A DNA stretch of 63,984 bases, filler included. It is 13 parts of 13 records of this genome, joined end to end, with 100 filler letters (N's around TTAATTAATTAA, not from the genome) between each part and the next. Parts side by side here need not be neighbours in the genome. Positions count along the whole stretch, not along the records: positions 1 to 3,836 come from SRR7504441_9691; positions 3,937 to 8,588 come from SRR7504441_9697; positions 8,689 to 12,589 come from SRR7504441_9710; 10 more parts are not named here. The stretch is one strand, 5' to 3'. Made by a program: the position numbers and the translations under genes. The notes under the pieces are model-generated. The model was not told the origin of the DNA, did not search any database, and saw only the letters and a program-made list of their open reading frames with translations. Shown one piece after another: positions 1-11,783 of this stretch (position 1 is its first letter; every line of letters starts with the position of its first letter).

Positions 1-2326
1 GACCAGATGCATAGCAATGCGGGGGGCGGCGAGGAAGCCTGGCCGCTCCGAGAGGCCCAGCTGGCCCGGTCGATCTTCAGTCAAATGGTCCGCCCCGGCT
101 GCCGGGCTGCCACCAGCCAGGGGCAGGACGCCAACGGCGACGGACTGGTCACTCGCGACGAATTCCGGGCCGCGGTGCCGCCCCGCGTGCTGGCTGGCAA
201 CCGGGTGCAGGTGCTCGCCGGGGTCGTGCCGCTGGGCCGGTTGCCCAAGACGCCGGGTCCGCGAAGGCCGCCCGCCGCCCAGTTTGGGGCGCAGACCGCC
301 GGGGTGTGCTGAGCCGGAACGTCGGGGGGCTGAGTGGCCTTGTCAGGCGATTCGGCGGCCCGAGTCTGCGGCCGGGCCTGCCAGGAGCTCGCCGGAGCGG
401 CGCCCAGCGGCAGATTGCCTCGGCGGGCTCTCGGAGCCGGCCAGAGCAGCAAACATGGCGGTGCGGTCGCTGACAGCCAGCGCGATGCCCCCCGAAAGAA
501 TACTGGCTCCACTGCGCGGCAGGTCGGTTGGTGCCACGCGCCGCTGCCGAATCGGCGCAGCAGGTCGCCCGCGACCCGGCGGCAAGGGATGGAGGCTGTG
601 GCTAAGCAAGCTCACCACACGGTACCGGCGGGTGCTGATTCAGGGGCCCAAGCCGCATTCGAGCGGCTGGATCGGAACCGGGATGGAGTGATTGATCGGG
701 CTGAGTTCGAGCTAGGCTTTCAGCAAGCCGGGCCAGGGCGTGTGGTGGCTGGGGCGGGGGCTCTAGCAAGTGACGGGGGCGCAGGAGGCTGCTGCACTGG
801 AATCGGTACAGCTAGCGATACAATCCAATCTTAAGGTGACTAGCAAGAGCTGCCGCCCCGATCATGGCCCTCGGCAGGCTGTCGAGGAGGAGCTCTGGAC
901 CAAGCTGCAGGCGATGATGTCAGGTAGGATGCCCCGCCATAGGAGCTCAGGGTAGCCCAGTGTCACCGACACCCAATCCAAACAGTTCAAGCTCCTCGCC
1001 TCCTCATAGGTAGCCCAGCCACTGCGTGATGCCGACCAGGCCTGCAGCATGCCCGAGCACGCCGCGTCTCCCTCGTCCGAGCATTCAATATCGTGGTGAC
1101 AGAACTACTTGTGCCCAATTGATTGAATGACTGGTCAGGTTTGAGCCGATGAATCCCGGGCTCGGCTGCACCACAGTGGAGTCAGTCAACGCCCAGTGGC
1201 GTGAAAAGAGCCCGCCTCGATCACGCTCGCAGTATGCCACTAAGCAAGCCGGGCTGAGGCTGTTCACAGTTCCCCACCAAGACCAGCAGCTGTCCGTCGG
1301 CCTCGTTCACCGCCAGCGCCAACAGTCTCACCGGTGCCTGTTCACAGCATGGGGCATTAGCTAAGCATTGCGGTGCAGCCGCCCAAGAATGGTTCTGCTG
1401 CTTCGAGGAAGCAGCCAGCGCCGCGCCGTGCTGCCAGCCCTCCGAGGCCACTCTCTCCGTCCCGGTGCGCCAGTACCGAGCCCAGCCGTCTCATCTCTGG
1501 ACAGATCTAGATCACCTGTAGACTGGGGGCGGCTGCAATTCTCAAACCAGCGGGTGGGATCGAGACTGGATAGCGCGTGTAAGGCAGCGAGTCAGGTGAT
1601 TCGGAATGCTGTGCTCCACACGCTCCTTGCAGCTGAAGCAATGCACCAGGCATGATGAACTAGTTCCATGTGCTGTGGCAGGCTGATGCGCGGTGGCAGG
1701 CTCGAGAGGCGGCAATGCATTGGCTCGACGCTCCCAACTGCACTGGGCTGTTTGTCGTGCTCCTTGACAGTACCTATCCCTGCGCTTGCTTAGTTTCTAT
1801 CCCAAGTGCATTGCTAGCCAGTATAGTCGCCGCGGCGCTGAATGCCAATGCTAGATAACAGCAACACTAGCGCTCTGGGCTGACCCATTGCAGGCGAGCG
1901 CCGGCATACTTACCGAGGGCTGTACGAGCTCCGAGGGGCTGACCAGCCTATGAGGTGACCGTGTGTCCAAGTAGCAGCCAGCTCAGCAGTTGGCTGGGCA
2001 GCGAGGGCCAGTCAGGGGCTCAGATGGTGCTGCTTGCCGGCGAGGGGCCATCAATAGTGGAGGAGGCGCAGGTGCGCTGCCACTACTGGCCTGAAGGACT
2101 TGAACTGTCGGGCAGGTGAGTCAGTTCTTCAAGTACAGCTGCAGTACAAAGCAATTTAAGCCACTCGATATGAAGACGTTTGGGGTGAGACCGCACTAGT
2201 ATTGGGCAGTCTGCATGACCATCGCTGCAGGTGAGTGTACATGCCGTCTCACTTCAATTACCTGTCCGACCTTGGGTGGCCATGGCGAGGCCAGCTCCTG
2301 CTACTAGCTCGTACTTAGCCAGCTGA
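1..2326 (+). CDS. EF-hand and C-terminal CKK (CAMSAP/Patronin) domain protein, multi-exon, 5' end possibly truncated
   Basis: Spliced EF loops FSQM|DANGDGLVTRDEF and DRNRDGVIDRAEF. The last exons give VIRNAVLHTLLA..LFVVLLDS..HTYRGLYEL..GPSIVEEAQ|VSQFFKYSCSTKQFKPLDMKTFG|VSVHAVSL, matching the CKK consensus. TGA at 2324-2326; middle exons not fully resolved. Confidence 0.7.
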
Positions 2327-2646
2327 GAGCTCCTAGAGAGCTCCAGCTCCCACAAATAGTTGCACCCAGTACTAGACATTACTAGTACATGTATGTAGTC
2401 TGATGTAGTCGCATCGGCTTGTAAAGACAATAGCTTAAACAGATCATAATTAGCGCACGCTAGAACATTTTTGAAAGTCCCCTACATTACATATGTTATC
2501 CCCTACTTGAGTTATTTTTATCGTACGAGTACAGTAGCCGGTACATGCGCGCAATCGGACGATTTCAATCCCGCCATGCACACACATAGATCCCGCGAAC
2601 AGCATCCCAGGACAACCAACCAGACCCGGCCCAAGGCCACCGGAGG

Positions 2647-3354
2647 TCACAACTCCTCCCGCGCCCAAGCCTCAGTGCTCCGAGGTATATCATATATCGA
2701 ACGGATCCCGGCCAACGTCTGCTGGTGCATCCTGAGCGAGCTCGACGTTTGGTTCCACATCCGGACCGTATGCTCCACCAGCGGCTCCACCAGCTCAATC
2801 GCCTGCTCCGCCCGGGTGCGCCCAGGGAACACTTCTAGCAGCCTGTAGGTCAGGTAGCCCAGCTCGTGCAGCATGTGCACCTGCGCACCGACTCGCGCCG
2901 CCCGGCCCGTCCCGCACCTTGGCCCAATAATGCAATATAACCCGGCGCGACTGGTCCAGCCGCCGACCGAGCGCTGCCTCGGGCGGCAGCGGCGCGCTCG
3001 AGTTGCTATTCAGCTCTCTGGCGAGCAGCTTGAGCCGAACAAACTCCGCCGAATAGCGGTCGCCGTGCTTGTAACGGAATCCCTCGAGCGTGTCGAACGC
3101 CTCCATCCTGCCAGTGGTGGTGGGTGGCCAGGCGAGCAGGGGGGGTACATGTCGGTGCTCGCGAAGTTCGTGTGGATCTCGTGGAAGAAAGTGGTCTGCT
3201 GGCCTATCACGTAGACGTATGTGTAGGTGCACGATGAGATGACGCTGCTGATCGACACGATAATAGTGATCACCTCAATCCATTTCAGCCGCGAAGCCAC
3301 CCGCTGCGCGCTGCTCCGTGGCGAGAGGTCTGCCATCTTCTCGGCACCCGCCAT
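2647..3354 (-). CDS. Single-TM hypothetical protein (DUF4760-like), C-terminal REEL
   Basis: Three exons joined from ORFs 3010..3354, 2795..3232 and 2647..2880. N-terminal hydrophobic helix WIEVITIIVSISSVISSC; ends in the KDEL-like REEL*. Confidence 0.5.
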
Positions 3355-3425
3355 GTCGGTGGGGCAGTTGGGAAAATAGTTGGAAAATACTGCGTGTTTT
3401 TACTTGCGGTACGATTGTACACAGG

Positions 3426-3836
3426 TTATTGCAATTGTTCTATTTGCCGCTTGCACGGGTGCTGCTTCAAGCCCAACTGCCTGACCTCGCCCTCGAGTCT
3501 CTTCAGCTCTCTATCTCCCACTGCCAGGCGCTCCCTCGCCCGCTCCAGCCGCCCTTGCTCTACCCTCCCGGCCCCCCAGCTCTCATAAGCCTCAATCAAC
3601 CCACCGATATCTTTAGACAATGCCTCGAAGTTCTCGCCGCTCACAGACTCGCCCAGCAACCCGAGCTGCGCCTCAACGTTTAGTCTCAAGCACCGTTCGT
3701 CAGTTAGAAGCCGCTTTTGGTCGAACTCGGCCGCCAACAGCCCAAGCCGCGCCCTGCCACGCGCTCACTAGCACCGCTGAATCCATAGACCCGGCTTACC
3801 GGCTCAACCGCTCCGCCAGCGCCGGGTCGGCCGGGT
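3426..3836 (-). CDS. C-terminal fragment of a coiled-coil protein
   Basis: Heptad-rich ORF (RLERARERLAVGDRELKRLEGEVRQL); the 5' part is lost at the contig edge. Confidence 0.45.
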
Positions 3837-3936
3837 NNNNNNNNNNNNNNNNNNNNNNNNNNNNNNNNNNNNNNNNNNNNTTAATTAATTAANNNNNNNN
3901 NNNNNNNNNNNNNNNNNNNNNNNNNNNNNNNNNNNN
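3837..3936. other. Artificial contig linker N44-TTAATTAATTAA-N44 (first of 12)
   Basis: The same 100-nt six-frame-stop linker also occurs at 8589, 12590, 19930, 24656, 29038, 33354, 39171, 47373, 52855, 56948 and 60092. Confidence 0.98.
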
Positions 3937-6267
3937 ACGGTCCTACTGATCCAGCCTCGGTGTTCGCGGTCGAGCGGGCGTGCAATCGCGCCCAGATAGA
4001 CGCGGCCATCAGCCAGTGCACCGCTCGCGGGGCCAAATTCGAGGACCCTGAATTCCCGGCGGGACCCCGGTCGATATCCCGCCCGCCGCACTCGAGGCCC
4101 AGCTGGGGGGAGGTAGTGGAGTGGGCACGGCCGAGCGCGAGTGCCCAGCTGTTCATAGGGGGACACGATCCCAACGATATCCAACAGGGTGCGCTGGGCG
4201 ACTGCTGGCTGCTGTCAGCCATGTCTGTGGTTGCCACCCAGCCGGCGATCATGGAGCACATGTTCGTGGAGGCCCGGCCGGACATAGGGCTCTATGTAGT
4301 ACAGTTCTTCAAGTGTGGGCAGTGGGTGCAGGTCATGATTGATGACCGGCTGCCCGTGGTGCCCAAAGGCTATCGGGTGGGTAACCTCAGAACGGGCGAC
4401 TTCATGCTCGGGCACGGCTCGGACATGAACGAGCTCTGGGTGCCCCTGTGCGAGAAGGCGTATGCCAAGCTTCATGGGTGCTACCAAGCCCTCGACGGAG
4501 GCGGTCAGCACAGCCCCAGGCCCAGCCGGCCGAGCGCGGTGGGCAGGGGTCGAGTACGGGCTGCGAGATCTATCCAGCGCCGCGCCTGACAGCTGCAGCT
4601 GTCAAGATCTGGATCCGGAGTCGTTCGAGGAGCTGCTCACCGACGTGGACCCTGGCACTGTTGTGATGGGCGGGTTCGCATGCATGGACAAGGGGCGGGC
4701 GAGCGAGTCTGAGCTGGCCAACGGACTGATCACCGGGCATGTAACCTCCCGGGCTAGACCGGTCGCTGAGCTGGAGGCGACAGGCTTATTCGCTACTCGG
4801 GATGGGTACGAGCGCCGATGGCGTCCGAGTGGTCAGGCTGCGCAATCCGTGGGGGCGCGGCGAGTGGAACGGCGACTGGTCTGATACGTCTAGCCGCTGG
4901 AACTCGGCCAATCGGCGTGCGTTGAATTACTCTCCAGATCAGACCGACAATGGCGAGTTCTGGATGAGTGTGCCCGACGCTCTGAGGCAATTTACTCAGT
5001 TCTACTGGGCGGAGCTCTTTCCGCACAGCTGGTCTCGTATGAGGGTGGCAAATCAGTGGAAAGGTCGGTCAGCAGGCGGATGCGTCAATCACGACAGCTG
5101 GGCACGCAACCCACAGATGTTACTGGAGGTGCCACAGCCCATCAAATCTCAGATTGTACTGACCCAGGAAGACGCGAGGCTCACTCCACTGAGCCAGAAG
5201 CACCACATTGGGTTTTATGTGCTGACAACCGACGATGGCCGGCCCAAGAAGCGCTGCTTCAAATCGGACATGGTTTGCCAGTCAGGTCCGCTGGTCAACA
5301 AGCGCGAGGTCTCGTGCGACATCGATCTGGCAGCCGGGCGATATTTGGTGGTGCCAAACACTTTCGATCCCGGCGAGGAGACTTCCTTCTTCATCACCGT
5401 GTTCTCTGATCGGCCATGCAGGTCACGTCTTGCTACTGTTTTAAGCGGATCTGGCGGGTGTGCTGACCAGTCGTGCGCAGGCTGGGTGGTGGAGTGGAGA
5501 TGGCAGCATCTGAGCCTGCTAGAGGGATGCCAGAGACCAGCTCGCACGGTACCACCGTTTAGCCTTGGCGACCGGTCGAGCGGCTGTCGGCCAGTGGACG
5601 GCCCGGCGCTCGACAGAAGTCATTCGTGGGAGGAGGAGTTCAACGATGAGTTGGATGACAATGAGCTCGACGACTTCATGTGGCAACAGGCGCTCTGGAC
5701 AGTTCGAAGCAACACCACAGACTATTTCCCTGATTCCAAGAGCATCCGGCCTGCTCCTCCCCCGCCGGTGCATCGCGGGTGAACTGGGCTGACGGTGGGC
5801 AGCCGGAGGAGGTGTTTGTGCCGGAGGACGACCTGCAGCTGCAGGGAGGCCGACCGTGCCCCAAGTGCGGTGGGGCTGGGTTCGATCCTAAGAAGCCCAA
5901 GAAGCAGTGCAAGAAGTGTAAAGGCAGGCCAGCGGAGCAGGGTAGTGCTGACCAGCTGTCCTGGCAGGGATGGGCTTCTTTGCTGACTCTGGCCGCCCTA
6001 CATCTGGCAGCATCAAAAAGAAGAAGAAGACCAAAGCTGAGAAGAAGGCCAAGAAGGAGAAGCGCGAGAAGGATAAGCGACCTAAGAGCCCAAAGAGGGA
6101 GAAATCCGAGAAGAGGGGGAAATCCGAGAAGAGGGAGAAATCCGAGAAGAAGGACAAGAAGGACAAGAAGGAACCCAAGAAGGATAAGGGAAAGAGCAAG
6201 GTATGCGCTCAGCCGATGCTGCTCTATAGCTATAATCCGCTTGGGCTTGCAGGAAAAGAAGAAGTAG
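3937..6267 (+). CDS. Calpain (CysPc + calpain III domain) with CxxCxGxG zinc finger and Lys/Glu-rich tail, 5' truncated
   Basis: DIQQGALGDCWLLSA (catalytic Cys), ITGH|AYSLL (His), LRNPWG (Asn). Domain III motifs W..RSAGGC..NPQ and YLVVPNTFDPGEE. Several short introns. Confidence 0.92.
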
Positions 6268-6523
6268 CAAGTCATTCAGTATCTCAGATGTTTCAGTCCG
6301 GCTGATTTAGTTGCACAACTTCATCCGGAAGGACTTCCTAAATCTTACTTAAATCTTACTGGCATGACAATCACTGATTGTGACGCTAATCAGACCTGAA
6401 ATAAACTTGAAATACGAGCTCGAGTACAAGTGTTCAAACCTGTAGATGTTTAATTGAATTTAATTGAATTCAGAACGCGCTAGTGCTCATAGCGCTAACA
6501 AAACCGTAGTAAGGTAAGTTTAT

Positions 6524-8188
6524 TTAGTCATCACTTGTCAACGGTTTCTCAAGATCGTCTATAACATAGCCTAAGCGGTTATCGATTGTGTGCGGATCCG
6601 TGTAATTGTCTGTGTTGGCATCCTCGGTAGATCTGAAGTCCGAGGATGCACGAGTGAGTCTGAGGACGCACACTTGTCGATATTCTAAAAGGTTGATGCC
6701 CATGAACCCAACACTCATCATGAGTATCACCAACAAGTAGATCAAACTGGTTGGCACCCGCACAAGGCACTGATTCTCGCACAGCACCTCCGACTCTTGT
6801 CCTTCACATCCAGTCTGAACGCTCATGTGAAATTTGTGTCCATCGTACGAGGTAATGTGACCAGAGCCGCTCCCATGTGGCAGTACATTGGAAGCCTGGA
6901 ACGACAAGCGCTGGTCAACGACTAAAGCTATGCACCACAGCAGCATCATAATCGATACTAACTGCAAGGCTCCCACGGTGCCTATAATTGCTTTGTTGTT
7001 GGCCGCCCAGAGAGGTTGTAGTGAGAGTGCATTGCCCAGAACAAATAGTCCTAAGCTGAAGACGGCGGAAACTGCATACAAGAATTGATATACAGCTGAC
7101 CCAGTGCTGATCTCAGGCTTGCACTTGCCATTGATGTCGTTAGAGGTTACAGTTCTTCCATCGCTACACAACAATTCTTGGCATTCCACCAACGCCCCAG
7201 TCTCATAGAGAAGCGCCATGATTGAACCGAGTGCCATAACAAACTTAGCCAGGGCAGAGACATTCCTAACCTTTCGATAGAATTTACGCTTGATCTGCGT
7301 TTCTCTGTACTCGACCAGTGCAGGGCTGCCAATTTGCTGAAGTGCAGCCTCAGATATCGGCCCCTGCGCTTCAGAATCGGCTGCAATTGACATATGAGAC
7401 TTGCCGTTGTGATACTCCACCATGAGATAGCAAATGTAGAAGAAGGAGAGCAGGAAGTTAAACATCAATAGGTAAACCTCCGTCTGCACCTCCGGGTATC
7501 TGCATGATTCTGAGCATGTTGGCAAAACAAATGGTTCTGGGTCAGCTGGTTCACCGTCGCGGCAAGAGAGTGCTATGCCTAGGTAAGGTTCCTCTAGAGT
7601 ATAATTGAGCTGCTTGTCGACGCATGTGTGCATTCCATTCGAGTCACAGGAAAATTGGGTCGGGTATGTGACATCATTGGCCCGGAGAACAATGTAAATT
7701 ACCACGGAGATCTTGCCAACTGCGAGCACCAGTGACAGTGCGCAGATCCCAAAGAACAGGATGGTTGCATGCTTGCGCATCGAACCGGAGGCGCGAAGGA
7801 AGATCGCCGCTCCGAACGTGAGCTGGGACACAGCAATGATCCCGAGCAGTATCTGCCGAGCGCTGCCGAGAGAGTTTTCAGGCTCGCACACGCTCTGCAT
7901 CTCGGACGCCCCTGGATATTGAAAGGCTATTTTAGGAAGGCTGCAGTGATACGTGTAGGCGTCGCAGATCGGCGCGGAGGGGGCCAATTGGTAGAGGCCC
8001 AGGCTGGCCATCAAGCACTGTGCCAGCACACTCAGGTCCTGCACCATCCAGACCCACGGACTCTCGACCAGAGACTGTTGGAAACGCCGTACGGCCGGTC
8101 GGCTTCTGAGGGCGTAGAGCACCACGCCCAGCAGCACGATGGCACCGCACAACCCAGCGATCCCGAGCACGAAGGTCTGCACGTACAT
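6524..8188 (-). CDS. Intronless polytopic membrane protein, N-terminal TM plus two tandem 4-TM Cys-loop modules
   Basis: 554-aa ORF with about 9 hydrophobic helices and visibly duplicated halves; lower GC than its neighbours. Confidence 0.75.
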   Translation of the reverse strand: MYVQTFVLGIAGLCGAIVLLGVVLYALRSRPAVRRFQQSLVESPWVWMVQDLSVLAQCLMASLGLYQLAPSAPICDAYTYHCSLPKIAFQYPGASEMQSVCEPENSLGSARQILLGIIAVSQLTFGAAIFLRASGSMRKHATILFFGICALSLVLAVGKISVVIYIVLRANDVTYPTQFSCDSNGMHTCVDKQLNYTLEEPYLGIALSCRDGEPADPEPFVLPTCSESCRYPEVQTEVYLLMFNFLLSFFYICYLMVEYHNGKSHMSIAADSEAQGPISEAALQQIGSPALVEYRETQIKRKFYRKVRNVSALAKFVMALGSIMALLYETGALVECQELLCSDGRTVTSNDINGKCKPEISTGSAVYQFLYAVSAVFSLGLFVLGNALSLQPLWAANNKAIIGTVGALQLVSIMMLLWCIALVVDQRLSFQASNVLPHGSGSGHITSYDGHKFHMSVQTGCEGQESEVLCENQCLVRVPTSLIYLLVILMMSVGFMGINLLEYRQVCVLRLTRASSDFRSTEDANTDNYTDPHTIDNRLGYVIDDLEKPLTSDD

Positions 8189-8475
8189 TGGCTCCCTTCA
8201 CTGCTGGCGGACGGGCTGTGGTCCGCTCAGCCTCACAGCTTGCGCGATCGGGTGCTGCTGTCCACCGAGCCGTGGCCGCCGGACACCTGACCGGTCTGCC
8301 GGTGCAGGGCGCGTCTGCGTCGTCTAGTACAGACCTAGACTCTGTGCTGCGTCAACTCGCCCGCCAGCTGCAGCTCCCTCGATGAGTCGATCACCGGCCT
8401 CCGGCTCGGGAGGGAAAAAAATGGGCGGCCGATAGGCGATTAGCGCAGGGCGAGGCGGACTGTGACAGCGGGAGC

Positions 8476-8588
8476 ATGGGGCGTAAAGCACGCCGCAAGG
8501 GCGACGATTCTGACGAGGACGAGGCACAGCAGCCGGCCGAGGCCAGTGTGAGCAGCATCAGCCACAAGGAGAACAGGAAGAAGAAGAA
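8476..8588 (+). CDS. N-terminal fragment of a charged protein
   Basis: MGRKARRKGDDSDEDEAQQ..KENRKKK, open to the contig end. Confidence 0.4.
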
Positions 8589-9020
8589 NNNNNNNNNNNN
8601 NNNNNNNNNNNNNNNNNNNNNNNNNNNNNNNNTTAATTAATTAANNNNNNNNNNNNNNNNNNNNNNNNNNNNNNNNNNNNNNNNNNNNAGCTGGCTCAGC
8701 GTCAGCTCCATACCGGTTTTGCAACTATAAGTGAAGCACTCCGGGAGGCCGCTTCAAAGGCTGCATGCTGAAAAATGGCCATGGATAGGCACTGGGTGTC
8801 CAAAGCTAAGGCCGCGCAAATCCTTGCATGGTTCGCACAGCCGGCGAACCAGTGGCAGCAGTGTGGGCACTTGCCCAGCCTAGCCTCCTCCAGGACGCCG
8901 GCGCGCCGCGCCTGATCCCCAACCGCCCAACTGGCAGGCAACAATCCACCTCAGTCCTCTCACTCTGTACACTGAACACTGAGTGATGAATCTCGAGTCT
9001 TTTGGCATCATTTATTGGCG

Positions 9021-9572
9021 ATGGCGGCGCAGCGCCTGATCGGCGGACTCCTGCTCCTCGCGGCCTCGGCGGTGGGCTGGTGGCCGTGGTCGCCGGTGCC
9101 GGCACCGGCAGGGGACGAGTGGCTCGAGACGCGATCGGTGGGGACGGCCCTGGTCGAGGCGGGGGCCGGCTTGCCCTCAGAAGACGCTATCAAAGCCTGC
9201 CCTGCGCAGGGCGCACCCACCAACTACCTCTCGCAGCCGGGGTGCCAGACTTGTATGGATTACGTAAAGCAGGTGGACGCCGCGTACCTTGCTTGCCTCC
9301 AGAACAAGTGCGTAAACCTCGATGACAGCGATGACGACTACGTCAGATGCGCCGAGCAGGGGGGCGCCTGCTCTAGCGTGAGCCACCCGCCGGCCTGAAT
9401 AACACCGGGGGCAGCTGGCGGGGCTCCAAATCATGGCGAAGGATACGTCGGCGAAATGCCTGGCAGCCGAGAAGACGCTTCGGAATGACAAGAATACGCT
9501 CAAAGCCCCCGACTGCCCAAATCCCTCCCAGAGAACGACGCCCTGCCCTGCGACGCGTACGCTACTCGTGTA
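9021..9572 (+). CDS. Small secreted Cys-rich protein, 2 exons
   Basis: Signal peptide MAAQRLIGGLLLLAASAVG; a 37-nt GTGAGC..CAG intron joins CAEQGGACSS to LAGLQIMAKD; 10 Cys. Confidence 0.6.
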
Positions 9573-9737
9573 GCTGTAGGCTCCTACCAACCAGGCGCTG
9601 GTTAATACATACCCTAGAACCCTAATCGGTCGATACTTAATTTAATGAGCATCACCAAACATAGTGAGCGATAACAGGTAGATAACAGGCTGCTCAAGAG
9701 CGAGATCCGAAGGTTCTCGATCTTGCCGCGGGGATTC

Positions 9738-10957
9738 TCAGAAGCTCACATCGGCATAGATGAGCACATGGTCGCTCGGCTCGTCCTTGGAAGGGAAGGA
9801 CATGACTGCCTGCATGCTCGCCTTGGAAGCCAGCTGCTTGACTCCTGACACGTGCCACTCCGGGGATACCCAAATGTAATCGAGCGTCTCTATGAACTTC
9901 TCGCTGCTGCGCGACGAGAAGGCCAAGTTGGTGAATTCGGGCTCCTTCCCGGCGGCCAGAGCGTACACTGAGCGCATCGGGTCAAACTTGAGCTCGAGCC
10001 CTGCGACTGGGCTGCTGCTCTCAGGGTTCTGGGGGTGATCCAGCGGGAGGCTGCCGTTGGTGATTAGCTGGTACTGGGCCGAGCTCGGCTGGATGTTGAA
10101 GTCGCCGCCAACGATTAGCGGAAGTCCGTTGGCAAAGCGCTGCTGCGGTGTTAGGCAGGCATGGCTGGGGCGTGCCTGCGATTGCTTGAAGAGGAGCGCG
10201 GCGTGGATGGACATAACCTTGCACTTGTCGTCGCTCCCGAACAGGCAGGGCATGTGATAGGTCGCCACAGCGAATTCCTTCCCGCTCGGCTTGTGCCGAA
10301 GCTTGGCCATCACAACCGCGTTGTGCCTCCCCTCGGCTACTTTCCAGGGGTCAAACGGGGGCCGCCCCGGCTTCTGGTTCGTCAGCCGGCCCCACCAACC
10401 CAGCCCCGGCGGCTTGGGCCAGTCGGGCCATCCGTCCACTGTGTCGGCTACACGCACGGTGCTCACCTGTCCCCAGCTGAGCAGCCGGCGGCCTCGCGCT
10501 CGCCTCCACGGCTGCGAACTTGTCAGCGGGCCAGGCCAGACACTGGCCCATGTACCCGCCGAACTTGGATCCGGTCAGTCCCGCCGCATAGGTGTATCTG
10601 CCTCCAGCTGCCGGGCCGGCCGGGGTGTGGGCACCCGTGCCGCTCGAAAAGCGGGACGAGCTTGGCCCCCCAGTGCCGGCTGATCTCCTGGAGCGAGAGC
10701 ACCGCCCCCTGGGCCATCTGGGCCTCCAGCTGGGCCACCACCCGGGCGAAACGGGTGGCTTCGGCCAGGTCTGCCGGGTCGCAGTGGTTGTAGTGGCTGG
10801 GCGAGTCCAAAGAGTCCGACAGCACGTTGTATTGCACCAGCCGGAAGGCCGCCGGGGCATCGCACCGGGCTTCGGTGGCGAACGAGCCCGCGGCGGCGCA
10901 GCTGAGAGTGAGCAGCCCCTTCCGGGCGCCGAGCCCGCGGCACAAGACTCGGTGCAT
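9738..10957 (-). CDS. Endonuclease/exonuclease/phosphatase family protein (CCR4/nocturnin/PDE12-like)
   Basis: Motifs QYNVL, LSLQE, TYHMP, GGDFN, TLDYIW and PSDH. Arg-rich transit-peptide-like N-terminus. GC-AG introns at 10503-10467 and 10175-10140. Confidence 0.88.
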
Positions 10958-11001
10958 CTCGAGACTCGAGCCGAGCACAACCGGCCGTAACGGATCAAAA
11001 G

Positions 11002-11658
11002 CTGGGCGGCGGCCCCTGCCGGGGGCTGGAAGCGACCACGCGGGGCGTGTGCCCGGGCGAGTACCGGGTGCTGGTGCTCTCCGCGGAGCTTCTCGACCAG
11101 CCAGGCGTCCTGAACCAGCTCGGCAGGCTTGCCGCGCTCCCCCGGCTGGCGGTGCTCGACCAGCCCCGGCCGCTGCCGCCGGTCCGACTCGAGGCCACCG
11201 CCACCGGCCCCGGGCTCGATCGGGCGCTGCGTGCGGCGCTGGCCGGACTCGGGCACCGGCTGGTCGAGGCGTTCGTGCTGGCGTCGGCCGGGAGTGTGCT
11301 GGCCTGGCACGGGGCCGGATGCGGGCACTTCAGCCTCTGCGACCGAGACGGGGTGGCCGAGTGGGCGCTGGCCGGGTTGGCGCTGCGGGAGCACGAGCCA
11401 GTGGCGGTGCTCAATCACCAGGCGATCTTGAGCCGAACCTGGCACATGAAAGTGGTGGGCTAGGCTGGGGCGGTGGCGTGGTGACCGTGCTGGGCAGGCT
11501 CGGGCGCGGGCTTGCGGGATGGGCCAGCCGCTAGTCGGCGCGCGCAAAGCAGGCGAAGCGATACGATCCCGGCTCAGCCGCGTGTTGGCCGGGCAGGCAA
11601 CGCTGCAGCAGGCGTGTGCCGGGTGGATGCACCGCGTGCACCAGACGACTACCTTGTG
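11002..11658 (+). CDS. Hypothetical protein, start codon unresolved
   Basis: Protein-like ORF (EYRVLVLSAELLDQPG..LVEAFVLASAG) with a probable intron near 11452-11497. No in-frame ATG was found before the divergent gene. Confidence 0.35.
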
Positions 11659-11783
11659 ATAATGCTATGATAATGCAGCGAGCAACTGATCGTAGAGAGT
11701 AAACGATGATATCGGTGTGAGGATGCGAGAAAAAGCGTTGCTCAACTCGCAATCACACGTACTCTTATAGAATCAAGAAATCT

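Noticed and set aside
8689-9011. Possible minus-strand gene start with CPHC..H..C motif
   Set aside because: I could not build a consistent start or exon structure before the contig edge.
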